Of a stretch of DNA of 64,000 bases, positions 32,192-41,511 are shown one piece after another. How positions within the stretch are numbered: the stretch's first letter is position 1; every line of letters begins with the position of its first letter. The stretch comes from an uncultured Chloroflexia bacterium (lineage in GTDB: Bacteria; Chloroflexota; Limnocylindria; Limnocylindrales; CSP1-4), in NCBI GenBank assembly GCA_963789865.1, contig CAWBMD010000002.1:322543-386542 (forward strand). The letters are read 5' to 3'. The position numbers and the translations under genes are program-made. The notes beneath the pieces are model-generated. The model made no database searches. It had not been told where the DNA came from and was given only the letters and a program-made list of their open reading frames with translations.

Positions 32192-33108
32192 CCAGTCGCG
32201 GCGGCCTCGACGGCCCGCGTGTCGATCGTGACGACCCCCAGGCTCCCGATCCGTCCCGCGATCTCGACCTGTCGTTCGCCGGGCGGCACCCCGGCGCCCG
32301 CCCGGTCCCAGGTCGCGCGACTCACGAGAAGCTCGCCGGGGCCGGCTTGGCTGCCGAGACGGGCCGCGATGTTGACGGTGTCGCCGAGGGCCGTGAAGTC
32401 CAGCTTCTCGTCGCCGCCGACGACGCCGACGAACGCTTCGCCGGTGTGGACCCCGGCTCCGACCATGAGGCCCCGGCGGGCCAGCCCCTCCCGCTCGACC
32501 CCCGCCAGGATGGCCCGACCCGCCTCGATTGCGCGTTCGGCGTGGTTCTCGCCGGTGATCACCGGGATGAACAGGGCCATCACGCCGTCGCCGAGGAACT
32601 TGTCGATGATCCCGCCGTACAGGTCGATGGCCTTCGCGGCCGCCCCGTAGTAGTCCTGGATGAGCCGCCGGTACGCGGACGCGGACGAACGCTCGGCCAT
32701 GCCCGTCGAACCGCGGACATCCGCGAACACAACGCTGATCTCGACCTCCGCGCCGCCGGGACGCTTCGAGAGGTGGCCGAAGCACGCCCTGCACAGCAGC
32801 GGGCTGTCGCGCATCGGGCCGTGCCAGAACAGACGTGCCAGCGCTCCGCCCGGGCCGTGGAACGGCGAGGCGCACACCTTGCAGCGTGGCGACGACGGAA
32901 CGTGGCGCCAGAAGCGGCGCACCTCACGCAGGCTCGGGTCCTCGCCCGTCAGCAAGGCCCGCCATTGCTCGGCAACCTGATCGTTCTCGCCCACCGGCTC
33001 GATGGCGACCACCTCCCTTCGAGGCCCGGTTCGCAGCATCATCCACCCGCGATCGCGGCTGTCAAGCAATTCCCGCTCGATGCCCGAGTGCGGCATCATG
33101 TCCGCCAT
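32188..33108 (-). CDS. class III adenylate/guanylate cyclase with an N-terminal CxxC...CxxC zinc-ribbon-like segment
   Basis: Intact. Pieces PRCKVCASPFHG...LLCRACFGHL, VVFADVRGSTGM, IDKFLGDGVMALF, GVHTGEAFVG and LGDTVNIAARL. The start (33108 / 33165 / internal) is uncertain. Confidence 0.85.
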   Translation of the reverse strand: MADMMPHSGIERELLDSRDRGWMMLRTGPRREVVAIEPVGENDQVAEQWRALLTGEDPSLREVRRFWRHVPSSPRCKVCASPFHGPGGALARLFWHGPMRDSPLLCRACFGHLSKRPGGAEVEISVVFADVRGSTGMAERSSASAYRRLIQDYYGAAAKAIDLYGGIIDKFLGDGVMALFIPVITGENHAERAIEAGRAILAGVEREGLARRGLMVGAGVHTGEAFVGVVGGDEKLDFTALGDTVNIAARLGSQAGPGELLVSRATWDRAGAGVPPGERQVEIAGRIGSLGVVTIDTRAVEAAATG

Positions 33109-33742
33109 GATCCCGCCCAATGACCGCGGTTCCCGGAATCGCGGAACCCTCCTGCTCGCCGACATCTCGGGCTACACGGCCTTCCTCAACGGCGTCGCCC
33201 AGGCCCATCGGGCACTGATCGTCGAAGCCGACGAGCCGCCCCCGGCGTACGCCGTCCTGTCGCGGCTGCTCGACGCGATGCTGGCGGCGATCGAGCCGGC
33301 GTTTCGACTTGCCAAGTTCGAGGGCGACGCGCTGTTCGCGGTGGAGGATGCCGCCCTGGCCCACGGCGCGGCGATCCTCGACTGCATCCGCGCGTGCTAC
33401 GACGCCTTCCGCGAGCAGCTGGGCCTCGCCGGGTCGCAGTGGACGTGCACCTGCACGGCCTGCGCCCGGATCCACGACCTGGACCTCAAGTTCGTCGTCC
33501 ACCACGGCGACTACGTGGTCCAACGGATCGCGGGCCAGCAGGAGCTCGCCGGGCCCGACGTCATCGTGGCCCACCGGCTGCTGAAGAACCACGCCCGGGA
33601 CCTGGTCGGCGACCGGTCCTACCTGCTGCTCTCGGACGCGGTGCTCGAGGCGCTCGACGTCCCGACGGAGGGGATGCTGGCGGGCGTGGAGACCTACGAT
33701 GACCTGCCATCGCTGGGGGTGAACGTCCTCGCGCTCACCTGA
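33098..33742 (+). CDS. DUF2652 (cyclase-like) domain protein
   Basis: Intact. Pieces LLLADISGYTAFL, LAKFEGDALFAV and WTCTCTACARIHDLDLKFVVHHGDYVVQRIAGQQELAGPDVIVAHRLLKN. Paralog of the N-terminal half of 16562-17745. Confidence 0.8.
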   Translation: MSAMIPPNDRGSRNRGTLLLADISGYTAFLNGVAQAHRALIVEADEPPPAYAVLSRLLDAMLAAIEPAFRLAKFEGDALFAVEDAALAHGAAILDCIRACYDAFREQLGLAGSQWTCTCTACARIHDLDLKFVVHHGDYVVQRIAGQQELAGPDVIVAHRLLKNHARDLVGDRSYLLLSDAVLEALDVPTEGMLAGVETYDDLPSLGVNVLALT

Positions 33743-33769
33743 CGCACGACCGGGAACAGGCGCCTCACG

Positions 33770-34360
33770 CTACAGGCGCTCCCCCGCCCTCACGGCCACC
33801 GCGAGCCGGTTCGCCGGCGGCGCGAGGGGACAGCTCCACCTGGGGTCGTAGGCGCACGAGGGGTGGTACGCGTAGTTGAAGTCCAGCACCAGCCGGTCGC
33901 CCGACCCGCCGAGATCCGCGCCCTTGACCGTGTCGAGCAGGTAGCGGCCCGCCCCGTACGTCTCGGCTCCTGACGTCGCGTCCCGGAACGGGATGAAGGC
34001 GCCGCCGCCGTAGGCCGCGATCCAGTACACCTGCAGGACGCCGATCGGCAGACGCACGCGGCCGATCCGTTGGAGCCCGAAGTCCTCGCCGGTCAGGCTC
34101 GTCACCGTGACCGGCTCAGCCGGCAGCGGCTCCACATCCGCCGCGAACCGCAGGGCCGGGTCGTACGACCAGTACGGGATCCCCCGGAAGCCGGCGCGTG
34201 CCTCGGGCGGCAGCGGTGACTCCGGGTGTTCGCGGAACAGGCGATCGCGCTCGACCCGGAAGCGTCCTGCCGCGCCGGCGGGGTCTCGCTCGGCGGAGGC
34301 ACGTACCTCCGCGTACATGGCCGCGACGCGCCGGCGCCAGTCGAGAAGCGTCATGGACAC
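33770..34360 (-). CDS. DUF1684 family protein
   Basis: Intact. Pieces LLDWRRRVAAMYAEV, GIPYWSYDPALRF, FIPFRDATSGAETYGAGRYL and DFNYAYHPSCAYDPRWSCP. Confidence 0.8.
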   Translation of the reverse strand: MSMTLLDWRRRVAAMYAEVRASAERDPAGAAGRFRVERDRLFREHPESPLPPEARAGFRGIPYWSYDPALRFAADVEPLPAEPVTVTSLTGEDFGLQRIGRVRLPIGVLQVYWIAAYGGGAFIPFRDATSGAETYGAGRYLLDTVKGADLGGSGDRLVLDFNYAYHPSCAYDPRWSCPLAPPANRLAVAVRAGERL

Positions 34361-34963
34361 ACGGTCACCTCCGTCGTCACGGCCCTGCGCTCGCCAGGGG
34401 CGCCGGGCCGCCTCATCAGCCCATCATCGCGCAGCTGGTGCCCGCCGTACTCCCGCATGGTGGGCACTCGCCATCGTTACCGACGCCAACCGCCTGAGAG
34501 GGCATCCCGGATGCCCACGTGGCGGGCCTGCGGGGCCGCGGCCGGGGACACGGTGGTCCGGCACGGCCCCCTGGCCGGCTCGTCTCCGCGTCCCCGCTGG
34601 CCAGTGCCCACGTAGCGGACATCCAGCAGGGGCGCGACGCCCGGTAGGCGGCGCGACCGGAGCGATCCACGATCAGGCTGGGCCGGGTAGCACCGGCATG
34701 CGCGTCGTCCCCGACGCAGCCGGCCCGCCAAGGACGAGACGCAAAACCGGCTCCGTCCGCCGGGGCCTTGCAGTTTCGTGGCGACCGGCGGGAGCCGGGG
34801 GCAGGCCCCTTGACGGAGCGGGGGCTCGCGGCGCATACCGGGGGCTGACAGGAGGTATTCACACGCGGCCTGCATATGTCGGCCGCCTCGGGCCGCGTCG
34901 AACCACGGGCGGCACCGACCTGTCGGCGCCCGTTGCAGTCTGGGCGCCTCCTGAGGTTGCACC

Positions 34964-35203
34964 ATGAAGGCTCACAGGCCACGCCACGTCGGTTGTCCGT
35001 CCCCGGAGGAGTGCGAGGTCGACCGGCGCGCCCTGTCGCTCTGGCCGCGGCTCGACCGGCGCGCCCTGTCGCGCTGTCGCCACGACCTTGTCTGCGTCGC
35101 CGGCCTCATCGAGCGCCGCACCAGCCTGCCGCCGACCGCCATCCGGCTGCTGCTCGCGTCGCGCCCCGCGACAAGCGAGGAAGTCGAGACCTGGTTCGGC
35201 TGA
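34964..35203 (+). CDS. small hypothetical ORF (79 aa) containing an in-frame 33-bp duplication
   Basis: ATG preceded by ctcctgaggttgcacc. Peptide ...VDRRALSLWPR LDRRALSRCRH DLVCVAGLIERRTSLPPTAIRLLLAS. No family recognised. Confidence 0.3.
   Translation: MKAHRPRHVGCPSPEECEVDRRALSLWPRLDRRALSRCRHDLVCVAGLIERRTSLPPTAIRLLLASRPATSEEVETWFG
35019..35072. repeat. 21-bp direct repeat with a 33-bp period
   Basis: tcgaccggcgcgccctgtcgc occurs at 35019-35039 and at 35052-35072. Confidence 0.85.
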
Positions 35204-35329
35204 CGAGGCCACGGCGCGTCTCGCGGTAACGACCCCCCGACACTCCAGCGGCGGATCGTTACCGCCGGGCGAGACCGCCAGACGAGACCACAGCCAACCC
35301 CGAAGGACGCTCAGAGTTATCGTTCCGCC

Positions 35330-35707
35330 ATGAGCGTCCTGAAGGTGCAGCTCTTCTCGATCCCGGTCACGGACCAGGACCGCGCACGCGACTTCTACGT
35401 GGATGTCCTCGGCTTCGAGCTCGTTCGCGAGATGCAAATCGGTCCGGGCCAGCGGTGGATCCAGCTCCGGCCCCCCGGCGCGGAGACGTCGGTGACGCTC
35501 GTCACCTGGTTCGCGAGCATGCCCGCGGGCTCCCTCACGGGGGTCGTGCTCGAGACCGACGACCTCGACCGCGACCTCACCCGGCTCCGGGAGCGCGGAG
35601 CCGTCACCGACCTCGACATCTCCGAGCAGCCGTGGGGGCGGTCGGTCGGGTTCGCCGACCCCGACGGGAACAGGCTCATCCTCCAGACGACAGCCTCGGG
35701 GACCTGA
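35330..35707 (+). CDS. VOC family protein
   Basis: Intact. Pieces VQLFSIPVTDQDRARDFYVDVLGFELV and GFADPDGNRLILQ. Confidence 0.8.
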   Translation: MSVLKVQLFSIPVTDQDRARDFYVDVLGFELVREMQIGPGQRWIQLRPPGAETSVTLVTWFASMPAGSLTGVVLETDDLDRDLTRLRERGAVTDLDISEQPWGRSVGFADPDGNRLILQTTASGT

Positions 35708-35782
35708 CCGGGACCCACGCCGAGGCCAGAGTGGACGCGCGGATCCGCGGCTGAGGACCTGGCCCCGCGCAGCCTGGCGGGG

Positions 35783-36025
35783 CTACGGCTTCGGGCGACG
35801 CAGGAATCGCCGGGCGAGGACCGTCGCGAGGATGCTCATCCCGACGCTCATGACGACGGGAACCCACGCCGGCGGCTTTTCCGGGCGTCCCCGCCGCATG
35901 GCCTCGGTGTCGAGGAACACGGCCTTGCATGCCGGACACCGCCACGCACCCGAGCGTCGACCGACCGGCGCCATCTCCGTCCCGTCCTTGGGGCAGGCCC
36001 AGGCCTTCTCAGCCACATCCGTCAT
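35783..36025 (-). CDS. zinc-ribbon (TFIIB-type-like) protein with a C-terminal TM helix
   Basis: GAGGTG then ATG at 36025. Pieces WACPKDGTEM...WRCPACKAVFLDTEAM and TM VPVVMSVGMSILATVLA. Confidence 0.65.
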   Translation of the reverse strand: MTDVAEKAWACPKDGTEMAPVGRRSGAWRCPACKAVFLDTEAMRRGRPEKPPAWVPVVMSVGMSILATVLARRFLRRPKP

Positions 36026-36191
36026 GTTCGCCACCTCGGGGACGCTCCGTTCGTTGACGACCGTGATTGTCACACCCGGGAGCCACCACCTGCCCGGTCC
36101 GCATCACCCGACGCACATCGGCGGCAACTCGTGAGGTGGAGAACGCGATGCGGCGCCCGGCACGGGCGGCGACGATCTCGCCGCCCGCGGA

Positions 36192-37169
36192 TCAACCGTG
36201 GCTCGCCGGGAGCGGCCGCGTCGGGATGACGGCGACCCAGCGCCCGTCGCGGCCGGGATAGTGTCCCTCGGGTCGCCTCCAGGCGATGTAATTCCGGGTC
36301 ATCCCCTTCATGTCGTAGAAATGGCCGGGCGGGTTGACGTGGCCCCAGATCGAGCTGACGCGCGGGTACCAGGGGTCGACGATGTACGCGCCCGTGAACG
36401 CCGCCTTGGGGTTCGTCGCCAGGTCGCCCGTCGCACGGTAGCCGGTCATGACCCACGTGTGGGCGCCCCACCACGCGAGCAGGAGAACGGGCTCGTGCGT
36501 ATCGGAGAGGGCGATGCCGGCGGCACGGAGCGCCGCGGCCCGGGTGGCGTACGTCTTGACGACGTAGCCCGGAGCGCCATAGGCGGCGAGAGCCTTCGTC
36601 ATGGCCAGCGGCCCCCAGCCACCGTTGTGCGAGTCCGCGCGCGTGGTCCACGCACCGATCCGGCTCTCGATCTTCCGCTGGACCGTGTTGGACGCCTTGA
36701 CCAGGCCCATCGTCGCCAGGGCGCCGGTCAGCCCGGCAGGGGCACACATCTCCTTCGTGATCTGGCTCGAGAAGACCGCGTTCCCGTTCCGTGCGAGGTT
36801 GATGTCGATCGGCCCGCGGGGTGGCGTCGGAGACGGACTCGGAGTCGCGCTCGGTGATGGACTCGGTGAGGGGCTCGGCGACGGACTCGCGGCGGCCGTC
36901 GGCGGCGGGGCGGCCGAGGCGGATGGCGCCCGTGTCGGGGCCTCGATCGCGAGCGACGGGACTTGACTCGCCGCCCCACCGCCCCCGGGGGCGGTGACCG
37001 GCTCAGGCGGGCGGGTGAGGCGGCCGACGGCCACCACCCCGGCGACGACGGCAACCAACAGCCCGGCCGTGACGGCAACGCGACCCATCGTGGGGCGACG
37101 CCGGCCGGGCTGCGTGGATCCCGTGCTCACAGGCTGCATCGGCTGATCTGATGGTCGGGCGCGCGCCAT
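36192..37169 (-). CDS. membrane-anchored papain-fold (peptidase C39-like) protein with a Pro/Ser linker
   Basis: Intact. TM VAVTAGLLVAVVAGVVAV. Linker SPSPSPSPSPSATPSPSP. Candidate Gln/Cys SSQITKEMCAPAGL and His GAHTWVMTGY. Confidence 0.6.
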   Translation of the reverse strand: MARARPSDQPMQPVSTGSTQPGRRRPTMGRVAVTAGLLVAVVAGVVAVGRLTRPPEPVTAPGGGGAASQVPSLAIEAPTRAPSASAAPPPTAAASPSPSPSPSPSPSATPSPSPTPPRGPIDINLARNGNAVFSSQITKEMCAPAGLTGALATMGLVKASNTVQRKIESRIGAWTTRADSHNGGWGPLAMTKALAAYGAPGYVVKTYATRAAALRAAGIALSDTHEPVLLLAWWGAHTWVMTGYRATGDLATNPKAAFTGAYIVDPWYPRVSSIWGHVNPPGHFYDMKGMTRNYIAWRRPEGHYPGRDGRWVAVIPTRPLPASHG

Positions 37170-37177
37170 TGTGACTG

Positions 37178-39327
37178 TCAGCCCGGCACGACGTCGTCGG
37201 GAACCAGCGGCAGCGAGCGGAGACGGACGCCGGTCGCGGCGAAGATCGCGTTCGCGATCGCGGGTGCGATCGCGAGGATCGGCGTCTCGCCCGCGCCCGC
37301 CGGTGGGATCTCGGGGTGGTCGAGGAGGATCGACCTCCACCGGGGGCACGTCGTCGATTCGCGGCACGCGGTAGGCGGCGAACGACGCGTTGCGGATGAC
37401 GCCTGCCTCGAACCGGATCGCCTCGAACAGCGCCGCCCCGAGCCCCATGACGACGGCGCCCTCGACCTGGTTCGCGAGCCCGTCGGGGTTGACGATCGCG
37501 CCGCAGTCGAAGGCGGCCACGACCCGGTCGATCACGAGCCGGCGGTCCTCCCCGACGTGGACCTCGACGGCCGTCGCGACGCGGGCCCCCTTCTCCACCC
37601 CGCAGGCGATCCCGAGGCCCCGGCCCGGGTTGGACGGCCGCCCCCAGAGGATGCGGTCGGCGGCGGCGTGGAGCACGTCCCGCAGGCGCTGGTCGGCGAG
37701 GTGATCGAGCCGCAGGTCGAGCGGATCGACGCCCATCGCCGCCGCCAGCTCGTCCATCGCCGACTCGCGCGCGAAGTGGTTCGCCGTCGCCGCGAGCGCG
37801 CGGTACGAGCCCTGGCGCAGCGGGGAGTCGGCCGGCTGGAAGTCCAGGCGCTGGGTCGGGACTCGTACGGCCCCACGAGGCCGAACATCCCGGAGTTGGT
37901 GTTGCGCATCTCCCAGGCCGTGATCGCATCGCCGGTCGGCACCGCCTCGAATGTCGATGACGGCAGCGGGCCGCAGGTGGCCCTCGGTGAACTCCTCGGG
38001 GCGCGTCCAGCGCACCTTCACGGGTCGCCCGACGGCTCGGGCGAGGCGCGCCGCCTCGATGGCCAGGCCACCCGCGTGCTTGCCACCGAACCCGCCGCCC
38101 GTGTCGGGGGCGATGACGCGCACGCGCTCCTCGGGCACCCCGAGCGCCTCGGCCAGCTCCGCCCGGACACCGAACGGGACCTGCGTGCCGGTCCAGACCG
38201 TGAGCCGGCCGTCGTCCCGCCACGAGGCGAGTGCGACCCGCGTCTCGAGGGGGACGTGGGCGATGTAGGCCGTCGTGTACGTCGCGGCGAGGTACGTGGG
38301 CGCGATCTCCAGCGCCGCGTCGACGTCGCCGGCCTCGCGGTGGAACGATCCGCCCCAGCCCTCCTCCTCGAGCGGGTGCTCGCGGAGCCACGCGACGAGC
38401 CCGTCGTCGGACGGCAGTGACGGGCGGTCCCACTCGGCCACAACCAGGCCGAGCGCCCGCCCGGCGAGGAACGGGTTGGGCGCCACGACGCCGACGAGCC
38501 CGTCCTCGCTGGACGACGGTCACGCCCGGCAGCGCCCCGGCGGCCGAGGTGTCGACGCGGCGGAGCGTCGCCGCCGGGGCCGGTGGCCGGAGCAACCGGC
38601 CGTGGAGCATCCCCGGGACGGAGAGGTCGGACGGGTAGCGGTGTGCGCCCGTCACGATCGCGGGACCGGTGACGCGCCGCGCGTTCCGACCGGCCAGGCG
38701 CCCGGTCTCTCCGCCGGGCGCCGGCCCTCCGCCGTCGATCGTCTCCACGCGACGGAGGCCGCGGACGAGCTCGCCGTACGTCACCGCGCGATCGCCGACG
38801 GCCTCGCAGACCGCGCCACCCGACGCCACGAGCGCGAGAGGCTCGATCCCGAACCGGTCCGCCGCGAGCCGCACCAGGGTCGCTCGCGCGCCCGCGGCGA
38901 CCCGGCGGAGCAGCTCGCCCGCGTCCGGCATCGACCGGCTGCCGAACGTGCCCTCGTCGTACGGGCAGATGTCCGTGTCGCCCATCACGAGCCGGACCGA
39001 CGCGAGCGGCACCCGCAGCTCGTCGGCGACCAGCACCGAGAGGCCGGTCCGGTTGTCCTGGCCCACGTCGACCTTGCCGGTGAACGCCGTCACGAGCCCG
39101 TCCTCGCCGACGTGGAGCCAGGCACCGGCGCTCGTCGTCCAACCGTCCGCCGCAGGCTCCGGCTCGTGGACCGCGACCAGTCCCGGCGGCAGGACGTCGA
39201 ACCAGTCGCGCTCATCGGCCGGGGCCAGGTCCCAGGGCCGCCTGCGGCTCCCAGCGGTCGGTCGCCCGCTCGTCGCCGACCGGGGCAGGCGCGAACGGCG
39301 GAGCGGCGGGCGCCGGCTCTCCGGCAT
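37178..39327 (-). CDS. molybdopterin-binding large subunit of a xanthine dehydrogenase / aldehyde oxidase family enzyme (IorB-like), at least 4 frameshifts; start uncertain
   Basis: Pieces GKVDVGQDNRTGLSVLVADEL, MGDTDICPYDEGTFGSRS, VIAPDTGGGFGGKHAG, AFDCGAIVNPDGLANQVEGAVVMGLG and the tail GETPILAIAPAIANAIFAATG in another frame. Confidence 0.7.
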
Positions 39328-39811
39328 CGGCCCCGGTCCGGGTCAGCTCAGCCGCCCGATGCACCGCGCTCAGGATCCGGGGATAGGTGCAGCAGCGGCA
39401 GGCGTTGGGGTGGAGCGCCGCCTTCACCCCGGCATCGTCGGGATCCAATTCGTGCTCGAGGAGCGCGACGGTGCGCATCACCATCCCGGCCGTGCAGTAC
39501 CCGCACTGGAACGCCCCGACCTCGAGGAACGCCTGCTGGACCGGGTGGAGCATCCCGCCGGCGTCGAGCCCCTCGACCGTCCGCACCCCCCGGCCGGCGA
39601 CCTCCGACAGGTGCACCTGGCAGGCCGTCACCGGCTCGCCGTCGAGCAAAACGGTGCAGGCGCCGCACTCCCCCTCGCCGCAGCCGGGCTTCGCACCCGT
39701 GAGGCCGAGCTCGTCGCGCAGGACGAACAGCAGCGAGCGGTCCGGTCCCGGCGCCACCATGCGCGGGACGCCGTTCACGACGAGCGTGGCGGTGGCGGCG
39801 GGATCGGTCAT
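39212..39811 (-). CDS. (2Fe-2S)-binding small subunit of the molybdenum hydroxylase
   Basis: Pieces GCGEGECGACTVLLDGEPVTAC and FQCGYCTAGMVM. The true stop may lie upstream of 39212, because the tail overlaps the large-subunit start region. Confidence 0.85.
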   Translation of the reverse strand: MTDPAATATLVVNGVPRMVAPGPDRSLLFVLRDELGLTGAKPGCGEGECGACTVLLDGEPVTACQVHLSEVAGRGVRTVEGLDAGGMLHPVQQAFLEVGAFQCGYCTAGMVMRTVALLEHELDPDDAGVKAALHPNACRCCTYPRILSAVHRAAELTRTGADAGEPAPAAPPFAPAPVGDERATDRWEPQAALGPGPGR

Positions 39812-39915
39812 GGTCGAACCTCGGCGGACGTGCCGGACGCGGGGCGAGCATAGTCCCGAAGTCGGCAGAGGGGTTCCGCTCGCCCGTCGGCCTCACCCTC
39901 GGCGCGGACGGACTG

Positions 39916-40893
39916 TCAGCTGCGGCTGGTCGTCCCGCAGGTAGCGTCCCCGGCCACGTGCAGCACGTGCGGCGTCGCGCCCGCCTTCACCGTCTCGGTG
40001 AGGTCGCCGGCGACCGTGACGCCACCCGGGGTGAAGGTGACGAGCCCGGGCGCCTTGCTCGAGTAGACGCTGGTGGCCGTCTTCGTCTCCAGCACGGCCT
40101 GGAGCAGGGCGGCGCTGGCGTTCACGAACACGAGGACGGGCGTCGTCCCGGCCGTCCCGAGCTCCTGCACGGTGACGTAGGTGGCCGGCCCGACCACCCG
40201 GCACGCCACGTGGGCCCCCGTGAACGTGGCGCCGATGGGTCCAAGCGCCGAGTTGCCGCTGAGCGCGATGGTCGAGGTCCCTGCCTGCTGGTCGCCGCAG
40301 TCGATGGAGCCCGAGATCGAGCTCAGCGCTCCGAGATCGCCGACGGCGGTTCCCTTGTCCGTCGTCTCGGTCAGCTTCGTGTCGAGCGTCGCGCCGGTGG
40401 CGGCATCGAACCCCGTCACGCCGGTGCCCTCGAAGGTTCGAAGCTTGAGGGTCGTCGCCGCCCCTGTCCCCACGCGAGCTTCGACATGCCCGGCGGAGAT
40501 GAACAGCACGACCTGCGGGCCCGAGGCGCCGGCCGTGCCGAGGACGGAGATCGATGGGCCGTCGAGACCCGGCTGGCCGCAGGTGATGGTGGTCGGCGTC
40601 ACGGGGCCCGTGAGCCCGGCGGTGCCCGTGATGCCGACCTGGGCCGTCGCGGGTCCCTTGCTCGGAGCCGGCGACGGAGCCTCGGATGTCGCCGCGGTCG
40701 GCGCCGCGGTGGGCGCCGCGGTGGGCGCCGCGCGGGACGCCTGCGGCGCCGCAGACACGATCGGGGCTGCAGCCGATGGCGAGGTCGTCGCCGTCGAAGC
40801 GGAGCCGCCGCAGGAAGCCACGACGGCTCCGACCAGGCCGATCGCCGCCCATCGCGAGAGGGAGCGGATCGCCGGATTGACCATGGGACGCAT
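39916..40893 (-). CDS. lipoprotein of unknown function with two internally similar Thr/Gly-rich domains
   Basis: GAGGAG then ATG at 40893. Lipobox VGAVVASCGG. Each half carries a Cys pair (ITCGQ / DCGDQ, ACRV / ATCG). Confidence 0.7.
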   Translation of the reverse strand: MRPMVNPAIRSLSRWAAIGLVGAVVASCGGSASTATTSPSAAAPIVSAAPQASRAAPTAAPTAAPTAATSEAPSPAPSKGPATAQVGITGTAGLTGPVTPTTITCGQPGLDGPSISVLGTAGASGPQVVLFISAGHVEARVGTGAATTLKLRTFEGTGVTGFDAATGATLDTKLTETTDKGTAVGDLGALSSISGSIDCGDQQAGTSTIALSGNSALGPIGATFTGAHVACRVVGPATYVTVQELGTAGTTPVLVFVNASAALLQAVLETKTATSVYSSKAPGLVTFTPGGVTVAGDLTETVKAGATPHVLHVAGDATCGTTSRS

Positions 40894-41019
40894 GGACGAT
40901 CTCCTCAGGGCTGCGGACGGCGGGGCAGTCGCGGCGCCTATCCTGCGTCCATCGGCCGATCCGTGCACCGGAGGCGAGCGAGCCTGCCGATGCACCGGCC
41001 TCAGCGAGGCCCGGCGACG

Positions 41020-41511
41020 TCAGCCGACCGATCGCAGCACGGCGTCGAGCACCTCGTAGCTGCGGTCCAGCCCGGCCTTCATCCCGGACTGCAGCATCCC
41101 GTCGCGCTCCTCGGGCGTGTGGAAGAGGCTGACCACGATGACGCGTGTCCGACCTGGCGCCACCTCTTCGAGCGTCATGTCGTTGACGATGACGTGGCCG
41201 GGCATCCCGTCCCACTCGAACGTCTGCACGATCCGCTCGGGCGGCGTGACCTCGCGGAAGCGGCCTTCGAAGCCGTCCGCGGCACCGTCGTGGTGCTCCA
41301 CGAACCGCCAGTGCCCCCCGCGCTCGACCTCCAGGCGCACGACGTCGAGGCGGTTGCCACGACCCCACCACTGGGCGACGAGGTCCGGCTCGGTCATCGC
41401 CCGCCAGACACGCTCGCGAGGGGCGTCGAACAACCGCTCGACGCGGATCTCGCGATCGGATGGAAGGCCCAGGGTCGAGGCGCGGGACGGGTCGTCGGCA
41501 CGGCTTGTCAT
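41020..41511 (-). CDS. SRPBCC / AHSA1-like domain protein
   Basis: Intact. Pieces IRVERLFDAPRERVWRAMTEPDLVAQWWG and RVIVVSLFHTPEERDGM. ATGA overlap with the upstream ArsR gene. Confidence 0.8.
   Translation of the reverse strand: MTSRADDPSRASTLGLPSDREIRVERLFDAPRERVWRAMTEPDLVAQWWGRGNRLDVVRLEVERGGHWRFVEHHDGAADGFEGRFREVTPPERIVQTFEWDGMPGHVIVNDMTLEEVAPGRTRVIVVSLFHTPEERDGMLQSGMKAGLDRSYEVLDAVLRSVG

Noticed and set aside
34490-34530. CTGAGAG box reminiscent of a TPP riboswitch
   Set aside because: None of the other conserved TPP-element segments or pairings could be found around it, and no thiamine gene lies downstream.
39212-39327. Fusion of the 2Fe-2S and molybdopterin subunits into one polypeptide
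   Set aside because: The two reading frames overlap by about 115 nt in an Ala/Pro-rich stretch. With the indel noise I cannot tell a fusion from adjacent genes, so I kept them as two genes, the usual arrangement.
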